Positions 1 through 12,853 are shown, counted from the first letter of the whole stretch. The stretch: DNA of 63,725 nucleotides, filler included, from Reticulomyxa filosa (GCA_000512085.1; 20 parts of 20 records of this genome joined end to end with filler, not necessarily neighbours in it), one strand, 5' to 3'. Numbers and translations: made by a program. Notes: a model not told the origin generated them from the sequence alone.

Positions 1-466
1 GGGAGAACGGCTAAAACAAGTATTTATTGAAAAGATTTACTGACAATTAAAAAAAAAAAGTGAAAGTTTTCCAATGAAAACTCTATTTAAATTAAGTGAA
101 CATATTTTTGCAAAACGTGGGAGGAAAAAAAAAACAAGAGTCGGATTGAATAATAGCGGTGAAAATTTGCACATAGAATTAAGAAATAAATTGGACGAAA
201 AAAGAACAAAAGAATAGAAGCAGCTTATTGTTGTGATGTAATAGCAGCAAAAGAAGCCGATTTGCCATAGCCACAAGAGAGACAAAAGAAAAGTCTAGGT
301 TGAATCACAAACTTGGATAAGTTTTTTGAACTTGTATGCTCGAAAGAAGAAGGAGAAGAAGAAGAAGAAGGAAGAAAAGGAAAAGGGAGAGGAAAAGAAA
401 GAGAGAGATTAACAAAGAGAAGAGATAAATATATTTGAATTATTGATTAATGTAATAAATAAGTAT

Positions 467-562
467 TTATTTGTTTGATTGGGTGTGCAAAGAAGGAGAA
501 GAATTAGTATCAATGATCGCTTCAAACTCAGGTTCGTTATCACGTTCACGTTCATGTTCATG

Positions 563-601
<39 letters not shown>

Positions 602-1238
602 ATTTTCATTTTCATTTTCGTTTTCATTTTCAATATCACTTTCATTGTCAATTTCGGGGTCCCCTCGGGGGCTTTTTTTTCATTGCCGTCGATCCCATTT
701 TTGGTTTTGTTATTTTCTTCGTACAAAATCCATGGGACCATTTGCTTTTTGTCCAAAGGCCATTGGATCACTTCGACGTCAAACAATTCGATAAACTGTT
801 CGTTCATCAATCGAACTTTGTTGCCTGCATGTCTGCGGTACTCTTCGAATATGCTGCTCAAACTCCACCGTTGCAATTTGCGCAAGCATCCAATCACTAC
901 GCCAGTTCGATGGCGTCCCAAGTGACACATTATATGTAACGGGTAGTTGTTATTGCATAGGATTATTTGCAGCGCCTCTTTCACTACGCCCTCGCTCAGA
1001 GGCTTCCACGGCGTCTTGTGACGCTCGGTGCCAAGGTGCAATAAATTTATCTCGTGTTTCTCGATAAACTTCATAAACTCGTTCGACGGCTTTTCAGGCG
1101 CTAGGCAGACCACTGTTTTCAACTTCAACTTTTCGAGAAAGGGGAAGTTGCAACTTTCTGGTATGCCACTTCGATAGAGATCTTCCTCCACTATGCTGAA
1201 ATTTGGGGGGGGATATACCCCATATGTGGATTTGTCAT
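467..1238 (-). CDS. OCA1: OCA1/SIW14-family (PFA-DSP, Y_phosphatase2) cysteine phosphatase
   Basis: Motifs PPPNFSIVEEDLYRSG, the CX5R loop IMCHLGRHRTGVVIGCLRKLQRW, and EYRRHAGNKVRLMNEQFIELFD. The likely start is ATG 1238 (MTNPHMGYIPPPNF) if the G8 run at 1205-1212 is really G9. The likely acidic (EN)n C-terminus ends at TAA 467-469 after a second homopolymer slip near 660-680. Confidence 0.88.
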
Positions 1239-1514
1239 CTTTTTTTTTTTTTTTTTTTTGGAAAGGGGGACGAAAGGAAAAGCTCAGTTTGCCCTTTTTC
1301 CGATTATGTGTTTTAAACGTTGGGATCAAACTTGAAGACAAGCAAAGTAAAGCAAAAGAAACTTATCTTGGGAAGTTGTTTTTTTTTTATAGCAAAGATG
1401 AGTGGATGTGACAGAAGCGATAATGTTATGCAAGCAAAAAGTTAATCCTAAGACAGTGATAAGAAAAGTTGTAGCTTACAATCACCAAAGAGAGGGAAAA
1501 AAAAAAAAAATGTA

Positions 1515-3403
1515 TTACCACCCTAGATTAACATTTTTAAGAATCGGATAGTATTCCTCACTATTCCGTCCACTCATAGCACATAAACTTAATAGTGTAG
1601 AGTCCTGTTCAAAGTCACTCCTTTCGCCTAAACTTTTCATAATATTGGCGACATTGGCTTGTGAAAACACGCTTTGATGATTGTCATCAAACAACTCACT
1701 GGCAAATTTCCTCCAGTTTCTTGTGTCCCGAGTCTCGGAGGAGTCTTTGGGACGCCACATTGGACGACGATCGGCCTGTTGCGCTTTGTGTTGTTCTTGC
1801 AGCTGCGCAGCTTGCTGTCTGGACATTTTCGAAAACTTGCACAGCGTGCAATGGGGTTTAAATGACTCTTTTGCAGTTGCAATGCGCAAGTGCACACAAC
1901 ATAAGCGAATCATTGCAAATAGTTGTTCCAGCAACTCGACGACATTGGGATCTCTCGAAAAGTCCAAAAATACAACCCTCCTTTCAAAGTCGCCGATGCC
2001 CTCTGTGGCCAAGGTTAAGTGCTGCTTTTGCGAGCGCTCTTTTCGGTACAATGCAAGCAACTTTGGAGCCAGTTGCAAGTGTTGTCCAACCGCGTCAACG
2101 ACCTCTTCCATCGTCGCGGTTGGGTTTAATGAAGGCAGCTTGGTTGTAGCTTCCTCTTCCTCCTCTTCCTCCTCTTCCTCCTCGTCCTCCTCCTCCTCCT
2201 CCTCTTCTTTCTTCTTCTGTTCACTTAAGTCCTCAGTGGAGGCATTCTCGGAAGATTGCAAAGACTCATTTCGTCGCAACGGCCGAAGCACATGGATTGC
2301 TATCCATTGCTCGATGCAATGCAGCAAATCGATGAATTGCAACAGCAATTGGGTATTTGTCAAGGACAGCACATTCAGTGTTACATGCATCGTCGGTAGA
2401 TCGACAATGCTTGTGTCCATTGTAGGGCATTGTTCTCGGAACTGTTCCTTTTTTTTTTTTTGGTTTATTATTTGATTGGGTGCTCGATTAGAAGTGTGTG
2501 TGTGTGTGAAAAAAAAAAAATGGACATACCTGCAACGTGCCCGCCAATTCCAAAATAAGAGGATTGGTAATGCGAATCGCCAAAAAATGAGTAAACTTTT
2601 GATCTCGGTCGTCTTTTCCCTTTCTTTCTTCGGGTCCCGATTTTTCCTGCATTTTCGTGTCTACTTCAAGTTGTGTTTGCACCTCCGTTATTGTCTGCAA
2701 TTCACTCGTTTTCGAGGATGCAGACTCTGTTATGCTCACATTCGTGGTTGCTTGTTGTTCTTTTTTTTCTCGCTGCTCTGTGATTGTCACGTCTTCAAGT
2801 CCAGATATACCAGCTTTCAATGCTTTGGATTCATCTTCTACCACTTTGTCCTCCGTACTCACATGTCTCTGTCTCTGTCGTCTTTGCTGAAGCATCAAAG
2901 GGGGCAGAAACTTTTCATTTTGGCTCAAATCTGGATATTTGGATAACAATTCCAATGTGTCACCAGACTTGAATACTCTGTCAAATCGATACCATCGATG
3001 CCATAACAACTCATCGTGCATGCGAAAATGGTTAGTTTCGATAGGGTATATTACCTCCTTTTTTTTTTTTGCATGTTGTGTACATACATGATAAGCACCG
3101 TGGCAAGATAATACCTTCGGAAACTGACTTGAATTGCACAAACGAAATTTCGCAATCCCCATGCTCTAGGTCATTGTATCCAATCAAAATGTCATCCTTT
3201 GGGCGAGAAGAAAACACTTCATTCCAATACGTTTCGTCACATGACAACAATTTGTTGTAATAATCTTCACACGTCAAAAACGAGTTTTCTGTTGCTCGGT
3301 CTTGTGCCCTTCTACCTCCATATCGTGCTGGCCTCCTTTCATTGCTATTATATTGTCGTCGCTTTTTATTTGATCGCGGATATCGATTACGATTGCTAGA
3401 CAT
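1515..3403 (-). CDS. LENG9: LENG9-like protein: MJ1316 RNA cyclic-end recognition domain + AKAP7-type 2H phosphoesterase
   Basis: MJ1316-like LTCEDYYNKL..ILIGYNDLEHGDCEISF..GNIPY..HFR..LLWHRWYRFDRVFKSG, followed by THFLAIRITN and two HxT motifs (MHVTL, FKPHCTL). Introns lie at about 3058-3114 and at 2448-2529. One apparent 1-nt frameshift near 3032-3042. Confidence 0.8.
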
Positions 3404-3886
3404 TTTAGCTTTATATTATATTGAGTGCTGGTCCTTTTTTAATTGTTTGTATTTTGCCTTCCACAGAAAAGAAAAAACTGTTTCTAACAAATTGTCGTAC
3501 ATCAACTTTTGTAAAATTGCAATATTTGTCAAATTGTAGTATCCGAACAGTTTATAAATGATACTCTTAAATAAATGCAACAGTAAGTATTGAGAGAGTG
3601 AATTTGAATGAAAAAAAATCAGAATACTAGTTTCTAAAAATATTATTTTTTTGTATGTTTCATTAGTGGAACCGATAGTCCATTCTAGTCAAAAGAACAT
3701 CGAAGATGAAGATATTACTGACGATACCAATCGGCAACATATCATAGATTTTTCGCACAAAAAAAAAATAATAATCGCACACACACATACGTAAACGAGG
3801 CATTGCTCAACACCACTAGCACCACTCAGCAACATATGATAGCACTTTTCGCATAAAAAATTATAACATTTTTTTAAAAATAGACC

Positions 3887-3986
3887 NNNNNNNNNNNNNN
3901 NNNNNNNNNNNNNNNNNNNNNNNNNNNNNNTTAATTAATTAANNNNNNNNNNNNNNNNNNNNNNNNNNNNNNNNNNNNNNNNNNNN
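3887..3986. other. Artificial contig-joining linker (first of 19)
   Basis: The identical 44N-TTAATTAATTAA-44N block (stops in all six frames) starts at 3887, 5389, 6970, 11271, 13809, 24174, 25727, 26862, 28909, 37841, 38941, 42597, 43713, 45071, 48246, 50768, 52927, 54797 and 62570. Confidence 0.99.
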
Positions 3987-5527
3987 AACTGACGAGCAAT
4001 TCTATTGCAAGTCGGCCGTGATGCATATACCTTTTTGTGCAAAGAAGCGCGGATTTCTCCAATAAGTGGCGTCCAGTGGCATCTATGCAGTCAATGCAAC
4101 ATTAGTATGACTGTGGGCACCAACCGACTCGCTTGCCTCACACATTGCTCCAGCTCCAACACGACAATTATATTTACATTTTCACAATCAATAATACTAT
4201 GCATGCTTACAAATCATTCTATTGACATCCAATCTACGTCAACTATGTCCTGCTGCCAGGTTATCTTTCTTTTCTTTTTTTTTGTCTATGCGATATAGAC
4301 ATTTTCCCTTGGCTGTGACTTGTGTATAGTGTACATGTGGAGCTTGGAGATATAAACAAAGCGGCGCAAATAATTGTACAAATTAGAGAAGCCGCAAATG
4401 AGAATTGAATTCCACCATTTATCGTTGTGGCCACGCAATGCGAGTGGTGGATTACATATTGTGCACCAGATAAGGTAGAATCTTTTTTTTGTTTATGTGC
4501 GATCTGTAAATATATGTTGTGTGTTTGTCACAATAGAATCCTCCCCAATTGTGATTAGAAAAAAAAAAGAAGAATAAGGGGTAGAAACCACCTCCGTCTC
4601 CGAAAGGATAAAAAAAGGTTTGTCTTATTTATGTCTTTTTCTTTTATGTACATATAAAAATGTTTTGTGTTTTGTACATAGGTTCCCCCGTCCGCAATGT
4701 CGTACCGTCTGGTCCCTATCTTCACACACACAAAATAAAAATAAGAAAATAAAAAATGAAAAATTAAAAAGAAAATTGGGGTCGAAATCCACCCCGCCTC
4801 CAAAAGGAGCAAAAAAAGTATGTTTGTGTTTGTATGTATGGTTTTATATATACTTTTATTATATAATATGGTATGTTTGTGTTTATGTGTGAAGCAATAG
4901 GAATTCCCCCTTCAAAGAAAAAAAATTTATATGTTCATATTTTTATTTATTGTATTACCAATCCCCACAAAAACAAAACAAAAATTTGTTAAGTGTTTAT
5001 AGTAAAAAAAAAGATACCTGAACTCGAATGGACCACTTGCTGCAGTTAAACGTTTCTTTTTTTGTTTTTAAAAAAATTATAAAATGTAAATTTGTTTGTG
5101 TTTGTGTAAAGATAGGTACAATGTGTGAAAAGTTTAAGTGGGTGGTGGGGGGAAGAAAAAAAGATTTAAGGGGGGAGGTGTTAAAAAATGTAGTAAAAAA
5201 AAATAGAATAATAAATTCAAAAAAAAGGGAAATGAATAAGAGGGAAAAAAGATGATAATGAAAAAGAAAATAAAATTGAAAAAAAGAAAAAGAAAATAGA
5301 AAAAGAAATATAGAAAAAAGAAAAAAATAAAATATGAAAAAAAAAAAAGAAATAAAAATAAAATGAAAAAAAAAAAGAAAGTAGAAAANNNNNNNNNNNN
5401 NNNNNNNNNNNNNNNNNNNNNNNNNNNNNNNNTTAATTAATTAANNNNNNNNNNNNNNNNNNNNNNNNNNNNNNNNNNNNNNNNNNNNATATGTATATAT
5501 GTATATAATATAAATTTAAAATTCAAA

Positions 5528-6142
5528 TTAAACTTGAACGTCCGAATTCGTTGCACTCGCGTCAGTCTTGCTCGTGGTCGACCTTGCTTGGATTGGTACA
5601 TCAGGTGGGGGAGGTGTATTTTCGTCGCTTCTCGTCCATCCCATTTGGGATTGATGCGACTCTCCGCTTGCACTTTTTTCGGGTGCGTTGCTTTTCTTTT
5701 TATCTTTGCTATTGCTTTCTTCTGCATCTATCTTCGGTCGAATGGCGCTTTTGTCATGTCGGGGGGTCTGTTTTAATCTCATAAAATTACCTGTTTCATC
5801 ATATATTGCAGTACTTTTCAGAGAGACCCCCTTCTTCTTCTCTCCTTCTTGTTAATAGATGCCGAAAACTTGACAATGAAAAACATACCGACAAAATATT
5901 GCACTTCAAGCCATTCGCCCTCTGCGTCCCAAAATGTTCGAAAGATTTCTCCTGGGTACCATTGCTTCGATGAAACTGAATACACTTCTACATGAGACCC
6001 TAATGTCCAAGATTTACGTATCTTTGTCCATGTTTTTTATTGTGGTTTTTCTTAAGGATAGCTCTGGAGTAGAGAACATGGAAATTTTTATGTCTGAAGG
6101 TTATACCTCTGAATCATCCAGCTCTTTTTGCGATTGTGCCAT
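5528..6142 (-). CDS. Tudor/Agenet-like (SH3-type barrel) domain protein, spliced, missed by the ORF track; may continue past the contig end
   Basis: Exons 6142-6107, 6021-5889 and 5790-about 5528 splice in frame through GT-AG introns. Product: MAQSQKELDDSE-IRKSWTLGSHVEVYSVSSKQWYPGEIFRTFWDAEGEWLEVQYFVG-NFMRLKQTPRHDKSAIRP, with the WxxGsxVEVYS..W..G.I..WLEVxY pattern. Confidence 0.75.
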
Positions 6143-6588
6143 TGAATGATCGTTTTTGCTCACTTTGTAGCAATTGATGGTCAACAATTGCAGCCCCTTT
6201 TTCGAAGGCGAACGTCAAATCACATCGAGATAATACATTTTCAAGTTTGCAAAGGCTCTAATTTGTCAAAGTAACTTTGCAAATCTAAAAAAATATTCGC
6301 CATTACAAAAATATTCTCAGATTTCTTTTTTTTTTGCTAGGCATTCTTAATGGTAAAGAAATGATTTGCATTGAAGGTATTCTTTGTCAAACTAAAATCT
6401 GTAGCTTTTATGCTGTAAAAGTTGTAAAAGAACTTTCTGGTTTTTCCCTCTCTTTGTTGTCCGCGAACAACAGGAATTCGGTTTGAAATTGTGCGACCCA
6501 CACCTGGAATATAGCATTCAGTGTTAATAAGCGCATCCTTATTTTTCCAGTGTATCCTTATTTTTCAGTGCATACATACAAAGACAAA

Positions 6589-6969
6589 GATGATGAAAGG
6601 ATCGGTACCGGGAAACACTCTAGGGCTAGAAACCACCACAGACGAAGGAACGTCTGGTTCGACGATAATAGCAACAGCGCAGCCATTTTTTTCTTTTGAT
6701 GTAGATGCGAGCAATGAAACGAACGAATGGTGTCCACCTGTGCTTCCATTATTCACATTTTCCACAGAAAGAACGTGTGAAGAAACTGTGACATTAGCAA
6801 ACGACATAGGGCCAAGCAATCATTTCCAGAGCAGCAATGATGAAGCAACGAACAAAGTTTCGAAAGCAACGACAGAAAAGGCCGAGACAAAAGAGCAGAA
6901 TCATCCAAAAAAGAGAAACTTGTCGACAATGCAATCCGAAAACATACTGGAGTTAATCGTGGCTGCAAA
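6589..6969 (+). CDS. Hypothetical protein, N-terminal fragment
   Basis: Open hydrophilic frame from ATG 6589 (MMKGSVPG) to the contig end, divergent from the Tudor-like gene. No family recognised. Confidence 0.45.
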
Positions 6970-7069
6970 NNNNNNNNNNNNNNNNNNNNNNNNNNNNNNN
7001 NNNNNNNNNNNNNTTAATTAATTAANNNNNNNNNNNNNNNNNNNNNNNNNNNNNNNNNNNNNNNNNNNN

Positions 7070-10000
7070 ACACACACACACACACAAAATTTTTATAACT
7101 TCAGTGACCAAAGCAATTAAACGTAAACAGTGCACAAGAGTATTTTGCGTGAATCTCTTAGTGTCATTGACGCACACATGATGCAATAGACAAGTCCAAA
7201 TAGTTCCCATCCATGGCGTACCGAGCAAGCCAAGAGTATGACTATTGCTGTACTCAACAGTAGGCCACTGCAACGAGGACAATAGTCCTTCATCTTTTCC
7301 TTTTTTCCTGCTTTTCGAACCGGAAACGTTTTCTTGGTTCATCAAAAAAAAAAAAAATAAAAAATAAAAAAATAAAAAAAGTATACGTCAAATTTTTTTT
7401 TTTCAAAAAAAAAAAAAAAAAAAAACATTACCATTGGAGACAATTTGATTAAGTTTCTGATCAGCCATTTCAAGAGCTTGCTGGCGTTCTTCAACAGTAT
7501 ACTTATGAAAGTACGGGTTAAACTTGATGTAGTAATGATCTTTCAGACAATATTTAGCGTTTTCCAATCCTTGAGGTGCCTGAAACACGGCAATTCGTTC
7601 CAAAACGGGTTTGCAGTCAATTTCCTCGTCAAGCATGGACAGTTTGTTGACCAGTTCGCTGTAAGTTGCTTTTCCCAACACCAGCCAATGTACGAGTTCG
7701 TACTCCAGCCACTTTTTCTCATCAATCGATTGCCGTTCGAACAGTGTGAGTTCCGTCTCATGTTGTGAGGACTTGCATGTCATTTCAACTTCATTTATAT
7801 TTGCATTTATATTTGCATTTGTATTTGCATTTGTATTTGTATTTGTATTGTCATGTTCGGTTTTATGTTCGTTTTCGTTTGGATTGTCGGATTTGCTGCC
7901 ATGTTGTTCCAAGGTGATAACATGATGGACGCGATAGGTAGGTTCGGAGATCAAGCTGATCAAATTGATCAACAGCGATTCGACCATTTTTAAGGTGTGA
8001 TCGAGGTCGCACCAATGGACCCATCCTGACTCATACGCGTCCCAAAGCTCTTTGCTTGTTTCCAATAAGCTGTTGTCATGCGGTGGCATTATGCATAGTG
8101 TCGCCACGTCCTTTCGAAACCTATCCAATATCCACACAAATCGGGATATGAACGGAAGAAACAAAAGTCGGAAAGAGATACCAACCAATCATGCAATTGA
8201 TAAAAATACAAAAATTTGGTGATAAAGTTGGACGGCCCATTCCATTCCAATGCTTGATATAGCCCACCTACATCACTGCCTTTCAGCAGTGGATACCACC
8301 CAATTTTCTCGTAACCCTCGACAATATTGAACACATCGCTCCCGTTCCTTTTCCACAAATCACTTTGCGTTTGGCTCACAAATGCATAGATTTTCATAAA
8401 CTGGTCCACATACACGTCCATCCATTTCTCACTTGCATCTTCGTTTTCACTGCTCGTTGTCGTCTTTTCCTCTTCTTTCTCTTCTTTTTTTAGGTCTTGA
8501 AATTGCGTCATAAACTCGTGAAAACTTTGTGATGATCTGAAAACAACATTCATTTTTTTTTTTAATAAAAAAAAAAAGTTATGTCACCCAATCAATTTCA
8601 TAAAAAAAAAAAAAAAAAAAAAAATGTTTTCTCAACCAATCAAAATCAAACCATTAAAAACAAAGGAAACAAAAATACTCACGCCTGGCAATAAACAGCG
8701 ATGAGGTTGACGACGAAGCGTGACAACGGCACGAAGACGGACAATCTGTCTCTGTCCACGCGAAAAAAGTCCATTTGTAAAGTTTGGCGATCTGCAGTTT
8801 CCAAGGTTTTCAACACAATTTTGAGACACCCATCTTGCAATTTGAATTCGTCATACTTTTGTTCCGACAATGCTGATGCCTCCTCCTCCTCCTCTTTGCC
8901 TTTGTTTGCATTGTCAATGGAAGCCATCTCTTGTGATGATGATGATGATGATGATGGTGTCGCCAAAGTGGATGACGCAGAAGAGGCTATAACACAATTG
9001 TAGACAATACTTTCCCACGTTTTACAATTGATCATCGTGGATGCATAACGAATGGTACGTAGCAAAACCGACAATGCAAGCTGTTTCAACTCCGGAGGGG
9101 CCTCTTGGAAGAGCAGCAGTTTGTAGACATTGGAAATAAACGAATGGCTAACAAAAAACAATTTCGAACTTACTTCAAACCCAGACGCCCACAGATCTGT
9201 GTCAAAGCTGACATGATCGCCAACCTCACGATGGACCTCTACCACGTTCTGAACTAAGCATAGCACTTGACACCACCTTTTTATTAAGTCTTGTCGATCC
9301 TTGAGAAGATATAATATCTTATCACATATAAACATATATATATATACATATATGTATGTATATACATTTGTTGCTATCATTAGACATATAAAAAACAATG
9401 AAACGAAACTACACTATCATTGGATAGAATATATTCGAGATCGTTTGCAATGGTCGCAAAGGTTTGCGCTTTGCTTGTGCACACGTCCAGGTCTAACTCG
9501 GCTTTGGGGGAGATCAAATTGGAATGGACGCGGGTGACTTCAAAGTCGAACGTGTTTTGATTCGCGAAACGATGGTCTTTCAAGTGCGGCGGTATGGTGT
9601 CACACACGCAGTGCATGAATGCATTGATGACAATGTCCAACAAGTCGTGCGTGCGACACACGTCGCACACCATATTGGGAATGGTAAACAATTGAACCGA
9701 CAAATCAAAAAATGAACCCTGTCCTTCCAATATGTCCAAGTTCCAAGCCAACTTTTGATACCCAAACGTAAACACTTGACACAGTCGATGTTTAAACGCT
9801 GGGATGCACATCAATGCAAACCATATCTCGTTTAGTGCTTTTCGGCATTGTCTATATGGTATTGAAGAAAAACTTACATTATTACATATATATATACATA
9901 TATATGTAATAATGTATTGTGATGCCCCTCCCCCCTCCCTTATTGTAATCGACTCAACTCTCCAACTGCAAAATCGTTCATCATAAAGTACCAAATTGGT

Positions 10001-11253
10001 GTCTTTGTTTCATGAACAAACCCATCGGTTTTGAGTCGATTGTATACATTGTTATTATTTGTTATTGTATTGGTATTTGCATTGTCACTGTTATTGATAT
10101 TGTTATTGATATTGTTATTGAATTGTTATTGACATTGTTATTGACATTGTTATTGACATTATTATTGATGCTGTCTTTGGTGTTGTTGTTGTTATTGACA
10201 TTGGCATTGGTGTCGCACTTTGCATGAGTCCCCTCTATTGGCTCATTGACACAATTGGCCTCCGAGCATTCAATCCAAGTAGAAGTGCGAGTCTCCAAAT
10301 TGCCCAGCCAGCCAGGAATGTGAACGTCCAATGACTTTGCCTGATAAAAGGCATGTTGACAACAGCCCAAAGCATCGACATCTTGCATTAAGCATTGGGC
10401 AATGATTCGTCGGAGGATTTCACTTTTCATCCACGAACCAAGACGTTGAACAAGGTGCAGTATCAGTCGATTCGACAACACCCGCACGTATTGTCCTGCT
10501 TTCACGCTCTTTTGCGACACCACCATTTTATTTCCTTGCCAGGTCTTTTTACAACACAAGAGAAGAGGGGGGAGGGGGGGGGTATCATGACATAAGCGTT
10601 TGGCGACGATATTGAACAGTTTGGTGCAGAGAGCGTGTTGCACATGTGTGCACACACATAAAACTACAAGCTACAAGAGAAAAGGAGGAGAAGAATTGTT
10701 TTTGTGGCGAGTTTGAGTGAGCCTCCAAAACTGGTTGGATAGAATCGACGACTGCTTGTGAAGAGACAGCTAAGCAAGTTTTCTCAAACATTTGCGCTCT
10801 CCAAGCAATTTCTAGTCCATCCGCTCCACTGCATTCCAATGAGACTTCTGAGTAGCTGGTTACTATATATGTACATATACATATACATATATATATATAT
10901 ATATTGATATTGTTTTAAGGTCTACTTAAAAAAAAAAAAAAATTGCGTTGTGAAAATATAAGGATAGGAAAAGAGGTCGACCATCATCAAAGCTATGAGT
11001 GTCGTCATTGTGAAGTATCAACAAGACGTCTGGACAAGTCTGTGGTTGAATCAGAAAGGACGGGAATGTGGCGTATTGAGAGGTAATGTCTTTTCGCAGT
11101 TCGTTGTAGGTGTTATAAAACGATGACTCATTCCTGATTTTCTCAGGCAAATATATCACGTCGTCATGGTCACTACTAAATGCATGACTCAATAGATACA
11201 CCATAAACCCACACACCAATCGACAACATGTTTCAATGTTTGGGTCCAATCCT
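7070..11253 (-). CDS. UBR1: UBR1/UBR2-type N-degron E3 ubiquitin ligase, internal multi-exon fragment
   Basis: In UBR1 order: ClpS-like ILHNDDTHSFDD, FFDLSVQLFTIPNM, HREVGDHVSFD..W, LSVFVPLSRF, LWKRNG, and the winged-helix segment YELVHWLVLGKATYSEL..LERIAVFQAPQG..YCLK..FNPYFHKY. Confidence 0.88.
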
Positions 11254-11584
11254 TAAAAAAAAAAAAAAAANNNNNNNNNNNNNNNNNNNNNNNNNNNNNN
11301 NNNNNNNNNNNNNNTTAATTAATTAANNNNNNNNNNNNNNNNNNNNNNNNNNNNNNNNNNNNNNNNNNNNAAAAAAAAAATTTGTGGATTTTTTGCAGAT
11401 GTGACCAAGTACTTTGGGAAAGACAATCGGTTTGATATTGAATTGGACGAATTCAAAATGAAAGATCACAACGGCAACAACTAATTTACCACCAAAAAGG
11501 ATCATAGCTTATTTGTCACAAGAGAGATAATTGTCAAATGACAATCACAATGAAGAAATATTCTCGAAGTAGGCGATTGTGTCT

Positions 11585-12574
11585 TGCTTATGAAAAGATT
11601 TACGGCAACGAGTTAAACACTTTTTTCAAAAATATAGAATTGTCTTATTTTCATTTGTTATTCTTTTTTTTTCTTTTTTGCTATGTTGTCATTACAACGT
11701 ATACATCTTTTGTTTTGCTTGGAAATGACCAAGATGTGATAGAGACCAACACAATATACAAATACGAAAAATTTTCAGTATTATTTATATTGGGCAGAAA
11801 AACGTTGTCGAATTGGATAAGTCAATATAATTGATATTTGAACACACACATATCTCATTTCAACGTTCGAGCGTATGCCGACTCATGTAATACACTACCA
11901 TGTCGTCGACCGCATTTGGACCATTGTGGAGAGAAACTAAAAAAAGAAACACCTCCGACAAACATATGGAAAACGAATGATCCAGATAGACGGCAATGGA
12001 AAATCAAGAGAAACATATGGATCGAGTTGTTGGCGACTGAAACACGCCCTTTGCATGGTGTTGGTGCACTTGGCAAAGATAATACCAAAAAAATAAATTG
12101 ACATAGCCGTCGAGAGGACAGATTGAAAAGAAATCAAAGCGCTTGTCACCAGAACTGTACGGACAACTTACACAATAATATGGACATCTCTGTTCCTCAC
12201 AATGTTGATATGAAACTTTGGTCAATGCGTTGAAACAATGCCTTTCCGTATGGACCGTTAAGCGAGCAGACTGATGATATTTGGTAAATCTTGACACACG
12301 ATAATAGCATGCGTAGGGAGTGTCTTATTCCTTGTCATAGCTCCTTCACACCATTGCAATACGCCGATAGAGTCCGCTATAGTTTGATGCGATCAGGCAT
12401 GCTTCTCACTAACAACTTGTCCCACTTACATTACCAACAAATATTGGTAATGATGAGTTTGATGAATTGCGCGTTGAATTAGTTCAATATCGATCAGTTG
12501 TCCATAATATATTTTTTTTTTAGTGTTATACATTTCTTCATTATGATCATACACAACACTAAAATCTGCTAACA
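11585..12574 (+). pseudogene. Degraded RluA-family pseudouridine synthase copy
   Basis: Co-linear nucleotide similarity to 51323-52127, including introns. The catalytic region reads FRMDR*ASRLMIFGK (TAA 12259 where the other copy has CAA), followed by MRRECLIPCHS. Confidence 0.7.
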
Positions 12575-12577
12575 GTT

Positions 12578-12853
12578 GCAATTATTCAAAATAATGGTAA
12601 AGAATGAAGTATATTTGCTGGAAAAATGCTGGAAAAGTCAAAAGCAGATTCGAGATATGGCTATGACTGTGCCACTGCTCAATGGTGTGATTTACACGAA
12701 TTAGGAGTCATTGACTCCGTTAAAGTGGTTCGTACTGCTTTGCAAGATGCTGCAAGTGTTGCTAGTTTGATGACCACTACTGAAGCTGTTATTACCAAAC
12801 TTCCAAAGAAAGATGCTCCAAAGATGGATATGGGAGGCGCTGGAGCCTTTTAG
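12578..12853 (+). pseudogene. HSP60: Hsp60/GroEL chaperonin C-terminal fragment
   Basis: [65 protein letters not shown]. There is an in-frame TGA at 12605 and no upstream Hsp60 sequence. Confidence 0.9.

Noticed and set aside
471-925. Antisense ORFs with FSFSFS/FVFVF, poly-L, poly-I or HCHCHY tracts (also 14279-14626, 24851-25316, 22620-23450, 57951-58736)
   Set aside because: These are shadow frames of microsatellite-rich or coiled-coil genes on the opposite strand.
1205-1212. Programmed frameshifting or RNA editing to explain the frame breaks (also near 670, 16495, 37560, 53660)
   Set aside because: Most breaks sit in or next to homopolymers and contigs end in homopolymers. Sequencing error or pseudogenisation is simpler, and nothing can be concluded without reads.
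3931-3942. TTAATTAATTAA palindrome repeated 19 times
   Set aside because: It is always centred in exactly 44+44 N, so it is an artificial six-frame-stop linker, not a CRISPR repeat or biological site. ORFs containing X run into it.
4500-5388. A-rich low-complexity region with faint internal similarity
   Set aside because: It looks like a low-quality read tail, and no definable repeat unit was found.
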